A stretch of 64,000 bases of DNA from Trichinella spiralis (Eukaryota). Below the pieces are notes generated by a model, which did not search any database, was not told where the DNA came from, and saw only the letters and a program-made list of their open reading frames with translations. Shown in pieces: positions 50,803-64,000 of the stretch. Numbering within the stretch: position 1 is the stretch's first letter; the number at the start of each line of letters is the position of its first letter. The position numbers were made by a program, and so were the translations under genes. Location of the stretch: positions 6,819,051-6,883,050 of the forward strand of contig NW_003526941.1 of NCBI RefSeq assembly GCF_000181795.1, given 5' to 3'.

Positions 50803-53800
50803 TCAGATCAGAGACGCTTTGACGAAGTCGAGCATGCATACAACTTCAGAGAACAAATTATCCAACCGTGTCCAACGGATTTGTTGCGCGTCTAATAGTT
50901 CTCGCAACAAACTTTTCAACTGCTCGTCTCCTTTGGTCCACAAATACTGGTGGTGCAGTTGAAGAAACAAACTGAGCTGTGCGTTGATCAGTTCAAAGCA
51001 GCGTCCAGTTTTCAACACCGCGATCGCCATTCGCATAAACGCTCGCAACAGTCGTTCAGAACCGGCACCACTTTCTGGTCCCAAATTGACCAATTCGGTA
51101 TATACCGACGACACATTGCACGACTGCAAATGGTGAAAAGCCGTAAAGTATGCGGCATCATCATTAGCAGCGAGCAACAAGTCGGCAAAAGTGGACGTTT
51201 CACGGTTCGACGCTGACATGGCAATGGGCGATTTCAACAATCGTGACCGTTGTACTTGTTCTTCTTCTTCTTCTTCAACATCAAAGCTTGGCACCAGTCC
51301 CGGAATGGATTTCAAAAAAAACGGCGCCTTGCCCGCCTTGAGCAACTGCTGCTTTGGTTTGTTCCGTTGTCGAATCATATCCAAATCGGACAAGTTCGCC
51401 CAACGACTTTCCGAAAGACCCGAAAATGCGCACAACGAATCCTTCGCACTACACCGTCCACTGTAACCTGCATAATGTTGATTCTGCAAATCTTCACTAT
51501 CCTCAGTGGGGCTATTTTCTTTATCCTGATGCTGTTCACCACCCTGCTCTGTCAATTCTTGCTGCGTCGACTGTTCTTCAACAACTTCCGTCCCCTCTTC
51601 ATCAATACAAGCAGCTGCTCCTGAAAACAAAAGAAAACAACACATGCATCCGCAGACGCAGGCGCGACACCGTCCAACAAACCTGGAAGTTGAAAAACAG
51701 TCGCGGGCTCATAGTCCGCCGGCAACGGTCTCAGCGCAATGCCGGGACGGTAATAGGTTTTATTCAACCATAAGTAAATGCCACGCTGTTCGCAATGAGC
51801 AGTGGCCATGTACTGGCCGTTCGGACTGATTGAAAAGGACCGGCATGCATCATCAAAAGTCAGCACGTCGACCAGACATGCAGACGCCAAATCCCAAACT
51901 TTGATAGTGCAATCTAAACTGCTACTAATCAACCACTGGCCGCCGGGACCAAAACCCAAATCGGTAATTCGATTCCCATGGCACTTGTCGAACCGGCGCA
52001 CCGTACGACGGTTGTAAATGTCGTACAAGTGCAAAGATAAATTGTCCAGCGCGATGCCAATCAAATTATTGTCGCTGTTCAGCACCAGTTGACAAATGCC
52101 GCTGTCTAACGTCTCATCGTGCAAGCATTGCCTTGTACGAAAATTCCACATTTTCAGATGGCCACCACTGCATCCAGTAACGATAATCTGATTGCAGATA
52201 AATAGAATTGTAAAATTCCCACAAACACAAGTATAGAAGTAAAAGTATTGGGAAAAACCTGATTAAACGCATCTACACAAATTCCTTGCAATGGGAACGA
52301 ATGGGCAGCTTTGCCCGACGAATCCACCAACGACCCACGCGCGGCTCCCGACTGGATATTGTAAATGTTGACGTCACCAGTGCTGTAGCCGACCAGAGCC
52401 GTGTTACCACATGGGGATATGACGCAGCAGGTCGCACTTGCCAGAGGCATCTTCTTGAGACGTTTGTCCTGAAGTTTGTGTGAGCCAAGTCGACTTCGGC
52501 GAGTTGACCATGTGGTAACGGTGGAAAATTTTTCGTGGCAACAGACCACGTCGTCCCATTCGAATTCTCTGGCCGCGTGGGATGAGAAGTGGACAATGGG
52601 CGGCAAGCGAAGCTTGTTGAAATCTGAACCTCGCCGGTTGGCTACACGACGACGCACCAAGCCCGCAAAGCCGAGATTCACGTTCCGCTGCTCAGTGACG
52701 GTGTTGAACATTTTCAGCGTACCGTCAGCAGAAGCGGACAACAACTCCGAACCGTCGGAACCGTGAAAACGGATGTAATTGGGCGGCTTGGAATGCCCCT
52801 CGCGCACGTTCACCTGCCTCGGGGTGACAAACGCCCCACCATCGAATATCCACGTCTGTTGGAAAGGACAACAAATGTACACATGGAATAAAATTTCGAC
52901 GAAGTTTTCTTCACATTATTTATATATGCAGAATAAAACGAGAACAACAGCTACTACCTTTATGGCGTTGTCATTGCCAACAGTGATCATGCTCGGCTCG
53001 TCTGGTATTGCTATGAGTGTGTTAATGGGACCTCGGTGGGCGAATTTTCGGACCGCAGCCAGTCGTGCCGCATCCAAATTCCAAACGATCAGCGAACCCG
53101 TGACACTGGCACTGACCAAAGCCTGCTGACCGTCGAGTCGAAACGCCAACGCCGACACCGGACCATCGTTGTGTTGAAACGTCAACAACGTTTGGTCAGT
53201 TTTCATGTTGTGCACCAATATCCGACCGTTGGCCAATCCGATAGCGACAACATGGATCACCGGCGACTGCTGCATAATTACAACCGCCGAATGCCAGCCC
53301 GGAAATTCGTACACCACTCGGCTGGTTTTGACGTTGAACAATCGCAGCGTGCCCTGCTCAGAGCCGAAGACCAATTTGTTCAAATACGTGGCGGGATGGC
53401 AGACGGCCGACACGCGGAACGTCTTTTCATCAAACGGAACAGTGGAAAACACCTCACCACTGTCAACTTCTGAAACTACGATCTGAAAAAAAAAGATAAT
53501 TAGAATTTAACTTTAATCATTGTTCATTGTTACGTGATTTTGTTCGTCGACGGAAATTAAATGCGAACCAAGCGCTAAAAGGTGACGAACGGCTGCTTTG
53601 TGATGATGCATCTCACGTTCGATGTGACGACCGAAGCGCAGAATGAAAACACGACCGCACATAGTGCCGGCATAGACCCGTTCGCATGGATCGCCAACGG
53701 CCAGACTGCATACTTCGGACGGCAAAGACTGCGAAATGGCCATCAAAGACATGCTGGAACAGCGGTACGTGTGGACAGCACGACCGACCGACGTGTACAA

Positions 53801-53914
53801 CAATACAGTCTTCGATTGGGGAAGGAAACGTACCACGGCTGGCACGTCGCTGTTGCATACCACACCCAACGCCCGGTAGCTCGCAAAAAGTAGACTTTCT
53901 TCTCCAGTCATCAT
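50803..53914 (-). CDS. WDR36: WD repeat-containing protein 36 / U3 snoRNP-associated Utp21
   Basis: Five exons: 53914-53534, 53482-52958, 52855-52259, 52187-51671, 51620-50803. N-terminal LFASYRALGVV, HPATYLNK, many WD repeats, and the Utp21 C-terminal motif SRWANLSDLDMIRQRNKPK..KAPFFL. Confidence 0.94.
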
Positions 53915-54797
53915 CGCACAACAAATGACAAATCCAAATGCTAAAAAAACAACAACCATACGAATCATACTATACAATCGATCGATCGATCTATAACCTA
54001 ATCAATCACACAATTCACATGAATAAATCTTTCATATGAGCTCAAAAATAGTTTACATCAAATCAGACAACATCAACAACAAAATATCCCCACACCGACA
54101 AAGTCGGCTATTCTTTCAATAAAAAATAAAACCGCTTCATTTCTATCTTTTAATCTGATCTTTCTCTTTTCATTTGCATATATCTCAATAAATAAATGAT
54201 CAATAAAATAAAACAGAAGAAAAAAAAACAAAAACAAAGCAATAAAAAATTTTCAGTTTGACGAACGCGAATTAATGGAAACGCGTAAACTTGTTCGCAT
54301 ATTGCACAAACATATGCAAACCAACAAAAGCAAATCGGCAAGGCGAAAAGGCAAAAATGGGTTAACAACAATTGAAGCCAATTCAGGCACACGAGGGTAC
54401 CGTAGAATCGCTGAGCATAAGATAAGTGTTTGCAGGTATAAAAGGAAAAAAAGATATACTATCCATTATCAGGCAAGTAAGAGAGCAAAATTTGTCATCA
54501 TCATTGTGCAAAATATAAGAAAAAAAGAAAAATAAAATTAAATGTAAGTAATCAATATTTGGGCAAAAATGGTCGATAATTAAAAAGAAAGAAGCAAAAT
54601 ATGCAAAGTATATATATAGTCTGTCAGTTGGCCAGGTGCAACAGCAAATAAGTATATACATAATGTATGAGCACCAAATAAAAACAAAGAAAACAGCAGA
54701 AGAAAAAAGCCCAGCAATATGCACATATACACTTTGTATATATATGCAAAAGAGCCGCTTGAAAAAAGCAGAGAAGAGTATAAATGCTACAACAAGC

Positions 54798-57700
54798 TTA
54801 AACAAATGAAGAAAAACCGGTAGGTGGAACACGATTTAACGAAGCGTTTCGGTCCAACGATAACAACTGCTCTTCTCTTATCACGTAAGCGTCATCTTCT
54901 TCGCCAGAAGCAGATAATGGCCGATGCACAGCGGCATTTTTGGCTCGACGCCAAGTTTCCCGATAACAAGAATCTGTAGTCTGATAATGCTGCGCAATGC
55001 TGTCGACGTCAGGGTCCATGTTCGGCTAATATTGTAATATAACAAGTTTAAATGCACAACAAATCAACACATCACCGTCTCTTGCAAAATATTCAATCAA
55101 TATTGATTGTTATATCAAAAATAAATAAATAAAACAAGCAACATCATACCTCGTCTACCAGTAAAGCAGCTGAAGTATACGTTGGCTTAGCAGAGGTGTG
55201 CGATTCATCCAAATTGTTCACACTGGCATACCAGTTGTAATAGGCACTTTTCTCTTCGGCAGTTTCACGTTTTTTCAATCCAAGCATATCCGAACCTTTG
55301 GTAAATGTTATTTCATCATTGGCCAAGGTCGGGTACCGAGTATAGCGGCTGTTGTTGTTGTGGCTGCCGCTGCCAAATGGCACTTTTCTCACTTTGCTGC
55401 CATTGCGCTTGGAAGCTCGCAACTGATACGTCACAATGCCGCCATCGGAAAGTTGCAGCGAAGTATCAGAGCCTGATCGCCCATCTATAATTATGGCAAA
55501 TAAAATACAATAATAAAAAGAAAGAAATTCATATTTAAATTTAAACTTCTATTGAAAAAGTAAAACTTACGATCGCACTTCTTGCCGTTGCCAGTGACCC
55601 AAAGCACTGCCACAACTATTACAACAATGACAAGCAAAACAAGCGCCAAAATGACCAAAAACCACCACTCCAAATAAAACGGTCTATCGCTGAAACCTTC
55701 CGGCACTGTGAAAGGATCAGAAGGAGCACTTGGATAGCTGACACCGTATTTGTTCCGCGATACAACACGAAACGTGTACGTCGAACCTGGCTTCAGCTGT
55801 CTGTAGGATACTGTATACGTGTTTACAGAACTATCGATAATTGCCAAGGTTTGCCAACGTTTGGTAAGCAGAGATTCGGTAGCCAGCAATTCCGCACGCC
55901 GTCGGCGAATCGGCATGGCTCCATTTTGCCCTCTGTATTGTACGATGAATGAATCGACAGGAGCTGATTGTAAATTTTCTTCGCCACTCTGCCATTCGAT
56001 TAACAAACTGCTGTCCGATGGAATAATTATCGGTGTCGTCGGTGGTTCCGGTGAGCCTGTCGTTTAAAATGGACCTTTCTTATGGACACTACTACTACTT
56101 GTAATTATCACTTTTTACACATACCAGGTTGTGGACCAATCGTTACAGTACCGTTCACTTTTGGACCATATCCAACAACTGTCTCAGCTTCAACCGAAAA
56201 AGAGACCGTTACATTTTCTTCCAAATTCGTTACCACCAAATATTGACGGCCGATGACTTTTTCCTGTCGTTGTGACATGAATTCTATAGAAAAACAGCGT
56301 TAAAAAAGTAATGTAATGTGTAATGTAAATTCTTTATTCACCTTTATCCAGTTTGTAAGTTTTATAAGTAACTCGATAGCCAATAATAACACCATTTGGT
56401 TCTGAGGGTGGGGTCCAGCTGATGTTCACTGAATCGAGCAGTACGTCGTGAAAGCGAAGCGACTGTACTGGTCCGGGACGGTCGGGCAAAGTGCGCAAGG
56501 TGACCTGCATCTTTGGACCTTCGCCCGCACGATTAAACGGCACCACGTCAATTTTATAACTGCTAAACTTGCTCAAACCAGAAAGAACTTTGAACGAAGC
56601 TTCAGGCTCCACTACATCCTGTTCACTAGCTGTACCATTTTCAGTGGTTTCCCTGCTATAGTAAACCTAAACAGCAAAAAAGCACAAGTTATAATTATGC
56701 AATTGCAACGTGAAGTGAAATATCGAACTTCCAAGTGAAGTATTTTAAAAATAATTTTTCAATAACGCAAAATTCGAAATATCGCTTTTTCAAAGAATAC
56801 CTTAAATCCGTTAATTGGTGACGCATCCGCGGGCCATGGATCCCACGATACGTTTGCTTCGGTAGAACTGATCGGTTCAGCTCTCAGTCCGGTAACCGCC
56901 GTCTCAGGTATGGAATAAGCGACATAAACAAAATGTGGTTTCGATGCAACGCTGCTACCGATTTGATTGAACGTTTGCAATTGGACGACGTAATGTCGAA
57001 AGCGTTTCAAATTGGAAAGCAAAAAATCCCATTCACGTTTGTAAGCATCGTGCATGGGAAACTCTTTCACCCGGAAAGTGTTGTTTTCACCGTATGATTT
57101 GTAAAGTATTCGATAGCCGACGACGTCCGCATTCCAAGTAGAACGTTCCGGTGCTTTCCAACGAACTTGCACGCTGGAAGCGTTGAAAGCGAATACTTCA
57201 ATCTCGCGAGGTGGTTCCGTTGGAGGCGCTTCCAAAGTTCGCATCCAATCCGAAACCACCGACCAAGGACTCTTGCCATGATCATTCACCGATCTCACCC
57301 GAAAGCGATAAGCTGCATTTGGCTTCAATCTACATATAATAAATTATATATTTTGTTTAGATGCTGAAGCAAGTGAGAATACTGAAGCAACTTACTTGTC
57401 TACAGTAGCCCGCTCAGCGGCTACTTTTTCATCCCATTCCATCCATGAATCGCCGTTTTCGTGTTGAATTTCTAGTTCATAAAAACGAACTGGCATACGA
57501 GCGTTGTTAGCAGTATTTTGCCATTCAATAGAAATCGCATCCGAACGTTGCACTTTTGATAATGCCAACTCCGGCCTAGTGGGTGACTGCGGTAATGCTA
57601 AAATTAGCAAATAAGAGAAACGTTTTTAAAACCAAAAAAAATAACTAATATTCACATCGATCTTGTGATGTGTACACCGTCGCCAACGCCCGTTGTCCCA

Positions 57701-60700
57701 AACCCATGCTATTCACTGCAGCCACAGAAAATGTATACAGCTAAAAAGTAAATGGCAGTATAAAATAGATAAGTAAATTTAAAAAATTGGGAAATAAAAA
57801 TTTTGAACAACCGTCATTGGAAACAGTCCAGTTGCAACAAACATACGCAAATCGGATGCCAACATGGTTTTCACACCATCATGTTCGCCTGTCTAAAATA
57901 CAAAAAGAAATAAATAAATAAATGAAAAGACAAAGTTCCGTTCCCATGGTAAAATTAATCTTTTTCACCATATTTTGCCAATAAGACACTTCGTATCGTT
58001 GAACAATTCCATTCGGACGATACGGTGGTTTCCAAGTCAATCGTACTTCGTTTGTAGTCACGTAGGGGAAAAACATCTCACTTGGAGGTTCAGAAACTTC
58101 AAAAAACAATTTTCACATAAATATTAATAAAAAAAATAAAACATTTCATATTATTTAAATTCGCTTACCATCTTCTGCAGTTCGAATAACTAAATCCGGC
58201 TCAGAATAGACGCCAATTCCAACCATCGTGAGACCGGCCACTTTGATTCGGTAATCAGTGTACGGTCTCAAACCATCCAGTGTGACTGCAAGCCGACTTT
58301 CATCATTAACAACTTCGTGACCAATATCCGTTGGTGAGCTGATCGATCGATATTCCACCTATAGATGAAATATATTTTAAAAAATAAAATACAAATCCTC
58401 GAAAAGCAAAACCGTCCACAATATTTATTTACCCTATAGCCTAAAATGTGACCATTTTGTTGGTTTTCGGGTATTTTTTGCCACGTAACTACTACTGATT
58501 TAGGCGATTCAGGGGTCGCTTTGACAGCCTGCGGAGCTCCTGATGGCGTATCTTCGTAAGTTGTGATCACCAGCGATCGGGATAGTTCTGAACGACCAAT
58601 CATATTGAAGGCGGCCAATCGGAAAACATACGTGCAATGTTTGCACAACTTTTTCAACACGTATTCGCTGGATTTGGGATTTTTCACCACAATCTGCAGC
58701 AAACAAACAAACAAACAAGCAGAAATAACACATTGCATATTCGAAATACAATTGGCTAAAATGTGAAATAAAATTTAAAAAAATTGCGCACCTCTTTGGT
58801 ATGAAATTCTGAATCGCCAAAAAGATTACCACCACCACCACCAGTGGCAGTTGCAGTATCGTTTCTGGTATAAAATAACAAATAGCCAAGTGGAGGTCCA
58901 TTCCAAGCATGCTTGGGCAAAGGATTCCACGTGGCTCGAACTGAGGTAGATGAGATTGGTTGAACGTCAAAATCGACCGGAGCAAATTCAGGCACCGCCT
59001 GCAGGGTTGTAAATCGATTCGACGGGACGCTTGCCGGACTTCGGCCGACAACATTCTCGGCCAAAAGTCGCAAAGTGTAATTGGTGAATGGACGAAGGCC
59101 GCTTACGGTAAGCGATTTGGCGTGAGGATCACTGACATTGTAGACTTCTTGCCAAGTCGAAGAGCTACCAACCATCGCTTCAACAATCCACCGACTGATC
59201 AGCGTTTTACCATCATAGCCAGGAGTAAATTGAAGAGTGACGTCGCGTTGACGTGGATTGCTGATCGCAAGTCGACTCGGAGGTCCAGGCATTTCTGTTC
59301 GTTCAATTCGACAAAAAAGTCCAGTCAAAAATCAAATACATAATTTTTTTTCAATAAAAAAGCTTTTCTCTCACCAGGAGGCACTGTTGTCTGGAAAACA
59401 AGCTTCGACCGTGGCCCATCACCAATCGCCGTACTCGCATATATCTGCACCTCGTAAGCGGTTACTGGTTTCAAACCTTGCACTTTGTATCGAAGAATAT
59501 CGGCCGACAACTGCACCGTTTCGTTCAAACTTGTATCGTTCAATGACCAATAAACAAGAGTGTAATCTTAAAAAAGTTTTTATTTTGCTTAATTACAATC
59601 AAATAATTAAAAATTTGACAAATAACTTTACTCAAAAGGATTCCATTTGGATGCTTTGGTGGTTTCCAAGTGATTTCGGCAAAGTTGAATTGAATTTCTT
59701 CCGCTTTAGCGTCGCACACCGATTCGGGAACATCCTGGTCAGTAGTCACTTCAACAGGACTACTACGTGGACCATCTCCCGGAGCGGTGAAACACAAAGC
59801 AGTTATGTTATAAGTGGCGTATTTTTCCAGACCCGACATGGTCGCCTCAACTGCATGCAAACTGTACGGCAATACTTTGATGGATTTGGCCAATTTTGTC
59901 CCAACTTCACCTAGCCAAGCTTCCACCTAAATTACAATTACAGTTACAATTACATTTCTTCATCTAAAATGTGACAAAGTAAAAAAAATACAAAACGAAA
60001 GAAAACAAAAGAACAAATCAGATGGCCCCTGTGCTTCTTTGTCAGCATAGTTATATTATATACATGCGCGGAGCTATTCCAACGTCATGCAAACAACTGC
60101 TGCATTAGCACAATCATCATATATTGCTCTATTTTTCAACACTTCCAACAAAAATTTTTCAGCATGCAGTTCAACAATGAAAAAACAGACAAACAAAACT
60201 CTTACTTTATAGCCTAAATTTACACCGGGAATCATTTGCTGCGAAGGCGGATTGAATTTGATAAAAACAGCTGTCGAATTAATAACAGTAACATTTGTAA
60301 GCAACGGTGCGTCGGTTGGAACTATAAATGACAATTATTATTACATTGAATATTGTTAACAATAATAGCGTAAGAAAGAAATATACGCAACATACCTCCT
60401 TCCAATGTAGTAATGTAGAGAGATTTGCTGAACACTCCCATGCCTCGTTCGTTGAAAGCTGCTGCTTGAATTTCATATTCACGCCACGTGATCAAATCTG
60501 TGATCAACCAATTACGTGTGCGTGAATCAGATATGTTGTGATAATTCCACGGAATATCTGGATAATTAGCGAGTCGATAACGTACAATATAACCAAGTAT
60601 ATCACCATTCCACTGATCTGCTGGAGGAGGCTGAAAAACAAAATTATTCAGATGAATATACAAATAAATTTAAAATTCCATTTTTCACATACCTGCCACT

Positions 60701-63700
60701 GAATCATAATATCAGATGCGCTGCGGGCACTGCCGGCAACGTTCTGTGGTGCTGCAGCAGGAGCTACATAGAAATAAATAAATAAAGCATTTTATATGAT
60801 CGTTATTTATCATAAATAATACAACTTACGCTGCTGGGGCATAGAAACACGATTCGACGGAACACTGGGCATACCATAACCGTAGCGATTAACGGCAATA
60901 ACACGAAAATCGTATACTGATGACGGTTTCAAATTGTCGATTTTTATTTCGTGCTGCTCTTTAACAATATTATCTACTGCTACTTCCCATTCTGAAAGTG
61001 CTCCTATAAAATAATAAAACAATTGCACATTAAATAACTACATTGAACAATGAACAATGAACAAAGTGAACTGAAATAACCTTGACTACCAACCATACGT
61101 TGTTCAACAACGTATTTAATAATTGGAGAATTGCCATCAAAACCTTGGCTCCAAGTCAGCGTCACATACGCAGGTAACGTTTCATTATTTACATAAGCTT
61201 TTACATGCAATGGCATACTTGGCTTTTCTAAAAGCACATTCAACTTTCACATAAAATATGCAAAAGATTTTTAAAATATCCAAAATCAACCATACCCATA
61301 ATTTTCAAAGAACCTGACTGACTAACTGTTCCGGATGCGGATCTTACCACGCATTTGTAAATTCCAATGTTGATTGGTGCAACTTCTTGAATTGACAATG
61401 CACCGTCCGGTAAAAAATTTACATTACGCACTGCACCTGGTATCAACAACTGATCCTATAAAAAAGAAGAATTCCAGTGCATCATGTAGATAGCACGTAA
61501 TGGTTTTTCTGACTTTCAAAAACCATTGTCGCGTGAACGTCCCTTCTGCGGTCACTTGGCAAGGAAAAACAACACTAGAACCAATGACCACAGCTTCATC
61601 CTCAGGACCTTTCAAAATTTTTACTTTTCCTAAAAATTTTAAAAACTTTTAAACATTAAATAAATTACCTATACATTTATTACCTTGCACATTGAGATAT
61701 AATCGACCGTCAGTAACGCCAAAGTGATTGCTGGCTACGCATGTATACCAGCCAGCGTCTTTAATTTCCACTTTGGGAAGAAGTAATAAACCCGATCCAG
61801 TATTGGTTCCATTAACTTCAATTCCTGTAAAAGAAAAATATTTTTAAAAAAAATCACCACAGACAATAAATAAAATTTAATTTGTTGGTGCAGTCTTGAA
61901 ATACTGTTAAAGATAAACAGCACCGAAAGTTCTGCACCCAATGATAATTTTGCGAGGATAAAAATTGGTGAGATTTTTCAAAGAAATCAAACACAGAGTG
62001 CTACCTCGCAATAAAAAAACAATAACATACCGTTGAAATACCACTGCACTGTTGGTTTTGGCCATCCAAGCGCATCACATGACAGCGTAACATCTTGACC
62101 AACACTAGCAGTAACGTTGCTCAATTGTTCAATGTGAGGTGCATTAGCTATGAAACATTTAAAATATGAAATATTTTTAAATAAAAAAAAACTGAAAACA
62201 AATTTAATTACTTCTGCCTTGAACGTATGTGCCGTCAATTGCTGAACCATGGTTATTTTCCGCTAAGCACTGATACATACCAATTTGATCTCGACTTAAT
62301 TTTTTCACTCGTAAAACATCTGATGACAATTTTTCAAGACCAATCGTCTTAGCGCAACACTATTAAAAAATTAAAAATAATAAACCTGCATGATAAATGA
62401 AAAATTTTAAACTATGCACATATCACTCTTACTTGCAATGGTTCAGTCAAATCATCACCGTTGTAAAACCATGTAATATTATGTTCACCATCGAAGCTGC
62501 AATGAATGTCAACGTCGCTTCCAAAACTTGCATATGTTACATTAGGCAAACTATTAAGCAATCGTGGTGCTTCTGCAAATAATTTGAATTATCAAATTCC
62601 AATATAAATAAACAACTGAAACAAAACAAGCAAGCAACAGTATATTTCATATTAAAAAAATGCTACTAGCCTTCGACACTTAACGTAGCTCTTTCTTGAC
62701 TAGTACTGAACAACGAAAACGATGCTTCGCAAGTATACAGACCAGCCTGATCTTCAGTTGGATTGCGCACAACCAACTGCCGTCGAAAATTGCGCAACTG
62801 ATAATTTAAATTTTGCTCATCAATTATCTCTTGATTGAATTTCCAAACAATGTTCAGATTTTCCAAGCTACTAAACAACAATCTTCCATTAACAAAGCAA
62901 CAACAATTAAGTTAAATGTAAAAAATAAAACTTCATTACCCATGATATGGAACACACTCGAAAATAACCTCATCACTCCACTGTGATTTTACAAAAACTT
63001 GATTGTGGGGTTTCCAAACAATCGAAACCGTTCCAGCAAAAATATTGCTTTCAAATACTGCAAATAATAAAAATACATATATTTATCGCAACAGAAATGA
63101 TCAGAAACAAAAAATCATTAATAAAAAAGTCAAAAATGAAATTGCATGCTACTACTTATAAACACAGAGTTACAAACAAAAGTTTTTTTTTCTTTTTACA
63201 ATCGAACAATTTCATTTAATAAAAATCTTTTTTAAAAAAAGAAACAAAACGATAAAAAAATACTTTGTACCGAAATTATCAAATTTAAAATTTTGCATGC
63301 CACTAATAATCACTTCTTGAATTACATAATTACTGTAATGAATAAATGCCAGCCAAGATGGGGAAACAATTTTGTCATCACATGCGCCCCAGAATGATTA
63401 GAGCGTTGAAAGAGGTGCAGAGAGCTAATGCAGCTTTGATTGAATAGCAAGCGTATTATCAGTTTTTAATAGCTGAACAAAGCACAAAACCCCTCTGGAG
63501 TCTAGACTAATAACCTCGAAATAAAAACAGGCGCACTCATTGAAAGCGCACTTTGCGTTTAAATCTAGTTTAAACGTGCCTCATCAAGCGGCCAAAAGCA
63601 ATCTATTTTCACTTACAATCTCCAGATGCATCCTGTTCTAGCCAGTAATCGTACTTGACCGGTCGAGATTTCAACGTATCGTGATAAACTTCCAACGAAT

Positions 63701-64000
63701 ATTGTCCAAAATCGTTTGGTTCTACGTCTAAAAGAACCAATGCTCCACGAGACGATATAAACGCTCGTAGACTAGGTGCAATCTAATAAACACGAAGAAA
63801 ATAAATGAGTAAATAGAAAAAAGTATTCAACGAATAAAAACAACATACGAGCACATTGTTAAACATCCAACGCCACTGAAGATGATATAGTGGCGCTGCG
63901 TCGATAGAAGGTGGCTTAAATATAGCGTAACCACCAACTTTAGCACGTACTTCAATCAATTTTCCTGGAGCAGGTGGTGGGTTGAAATCTGTATTAAACA
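54798..64000 (-). CDS. sdk: Sidekick cell-adhesion protein (Ig domains, 13 FN3 domains, TM, cytoplasmic tail); 5' end outside the window
   Basis: Many short exons encode about five Ig domains (64000 to about 61300), then 13 FN3 repeats counted by hand, a TM segment WWFLVILALVLLVIVVIVVAVLWV (about 55600-55670) and the Sidekick-specific PDZ-binding C-terminus GFSSFV* (stop 54798-54800). Confidence 0.94.

Noticed and set aside
49008..53928. Alternative-frame and antisense ORFs over pyruvate kinase and WDR36
   Set aside because: Explained by the GC-rich codon usage of the real genes.
62211..62220. Possible GC-AG donor in sidekick (CAAG|GCAGA)
   Set aside because: A canonical GT donor 6 nt downstream (A|GTAATT) has the same phase and is sufficient.
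54798..64000. Dscam with arrays of mutually exclusive exons
   Set aside because: 13 FN3 domains and the GFSSFV tail identify Sidekick; no duplicated alternative exons were seen.

Overview
Eukaryotic, AT-rich, intron-dense genomic DNA. The short introns, TTTCAG-type acceptors and gene set point to a nematode; a Trichinella-like clade I worm is my inference, not a verified assignment. Eight protein-coding genes were reconstructed by hand with phase-compatible GT-AG introns: an FKBP4/5-type TPR immunophilin (-), GIT ArfGAP (-), adenylosuccinate lyase (-), a D2-like dopamine receptor (+), the RNA polymerase I largest subunit (+, about 32 exons), an intronless pyruvate kinase (+), WDR36/UTP21 (-) and sidekick (-, 5' end beyond the window). 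About 15 kb between RPA1 and pyruvate kinase has no recognisable gene. It contains three 10-N gaps, a duplicated block, a TIR element, a second diverged repeat family and possible Helitron ends. It also holds a 54-bp satellite whose minus strand is an array of about 40 perfect 5' splice-donor consensus sites (AAG|GTAAGT) spaced at multiples of 3 nt. That array is the most unusual feature, but any function for it is a hypothesis. No tRNA, rRNA or CRISPR array was seen.
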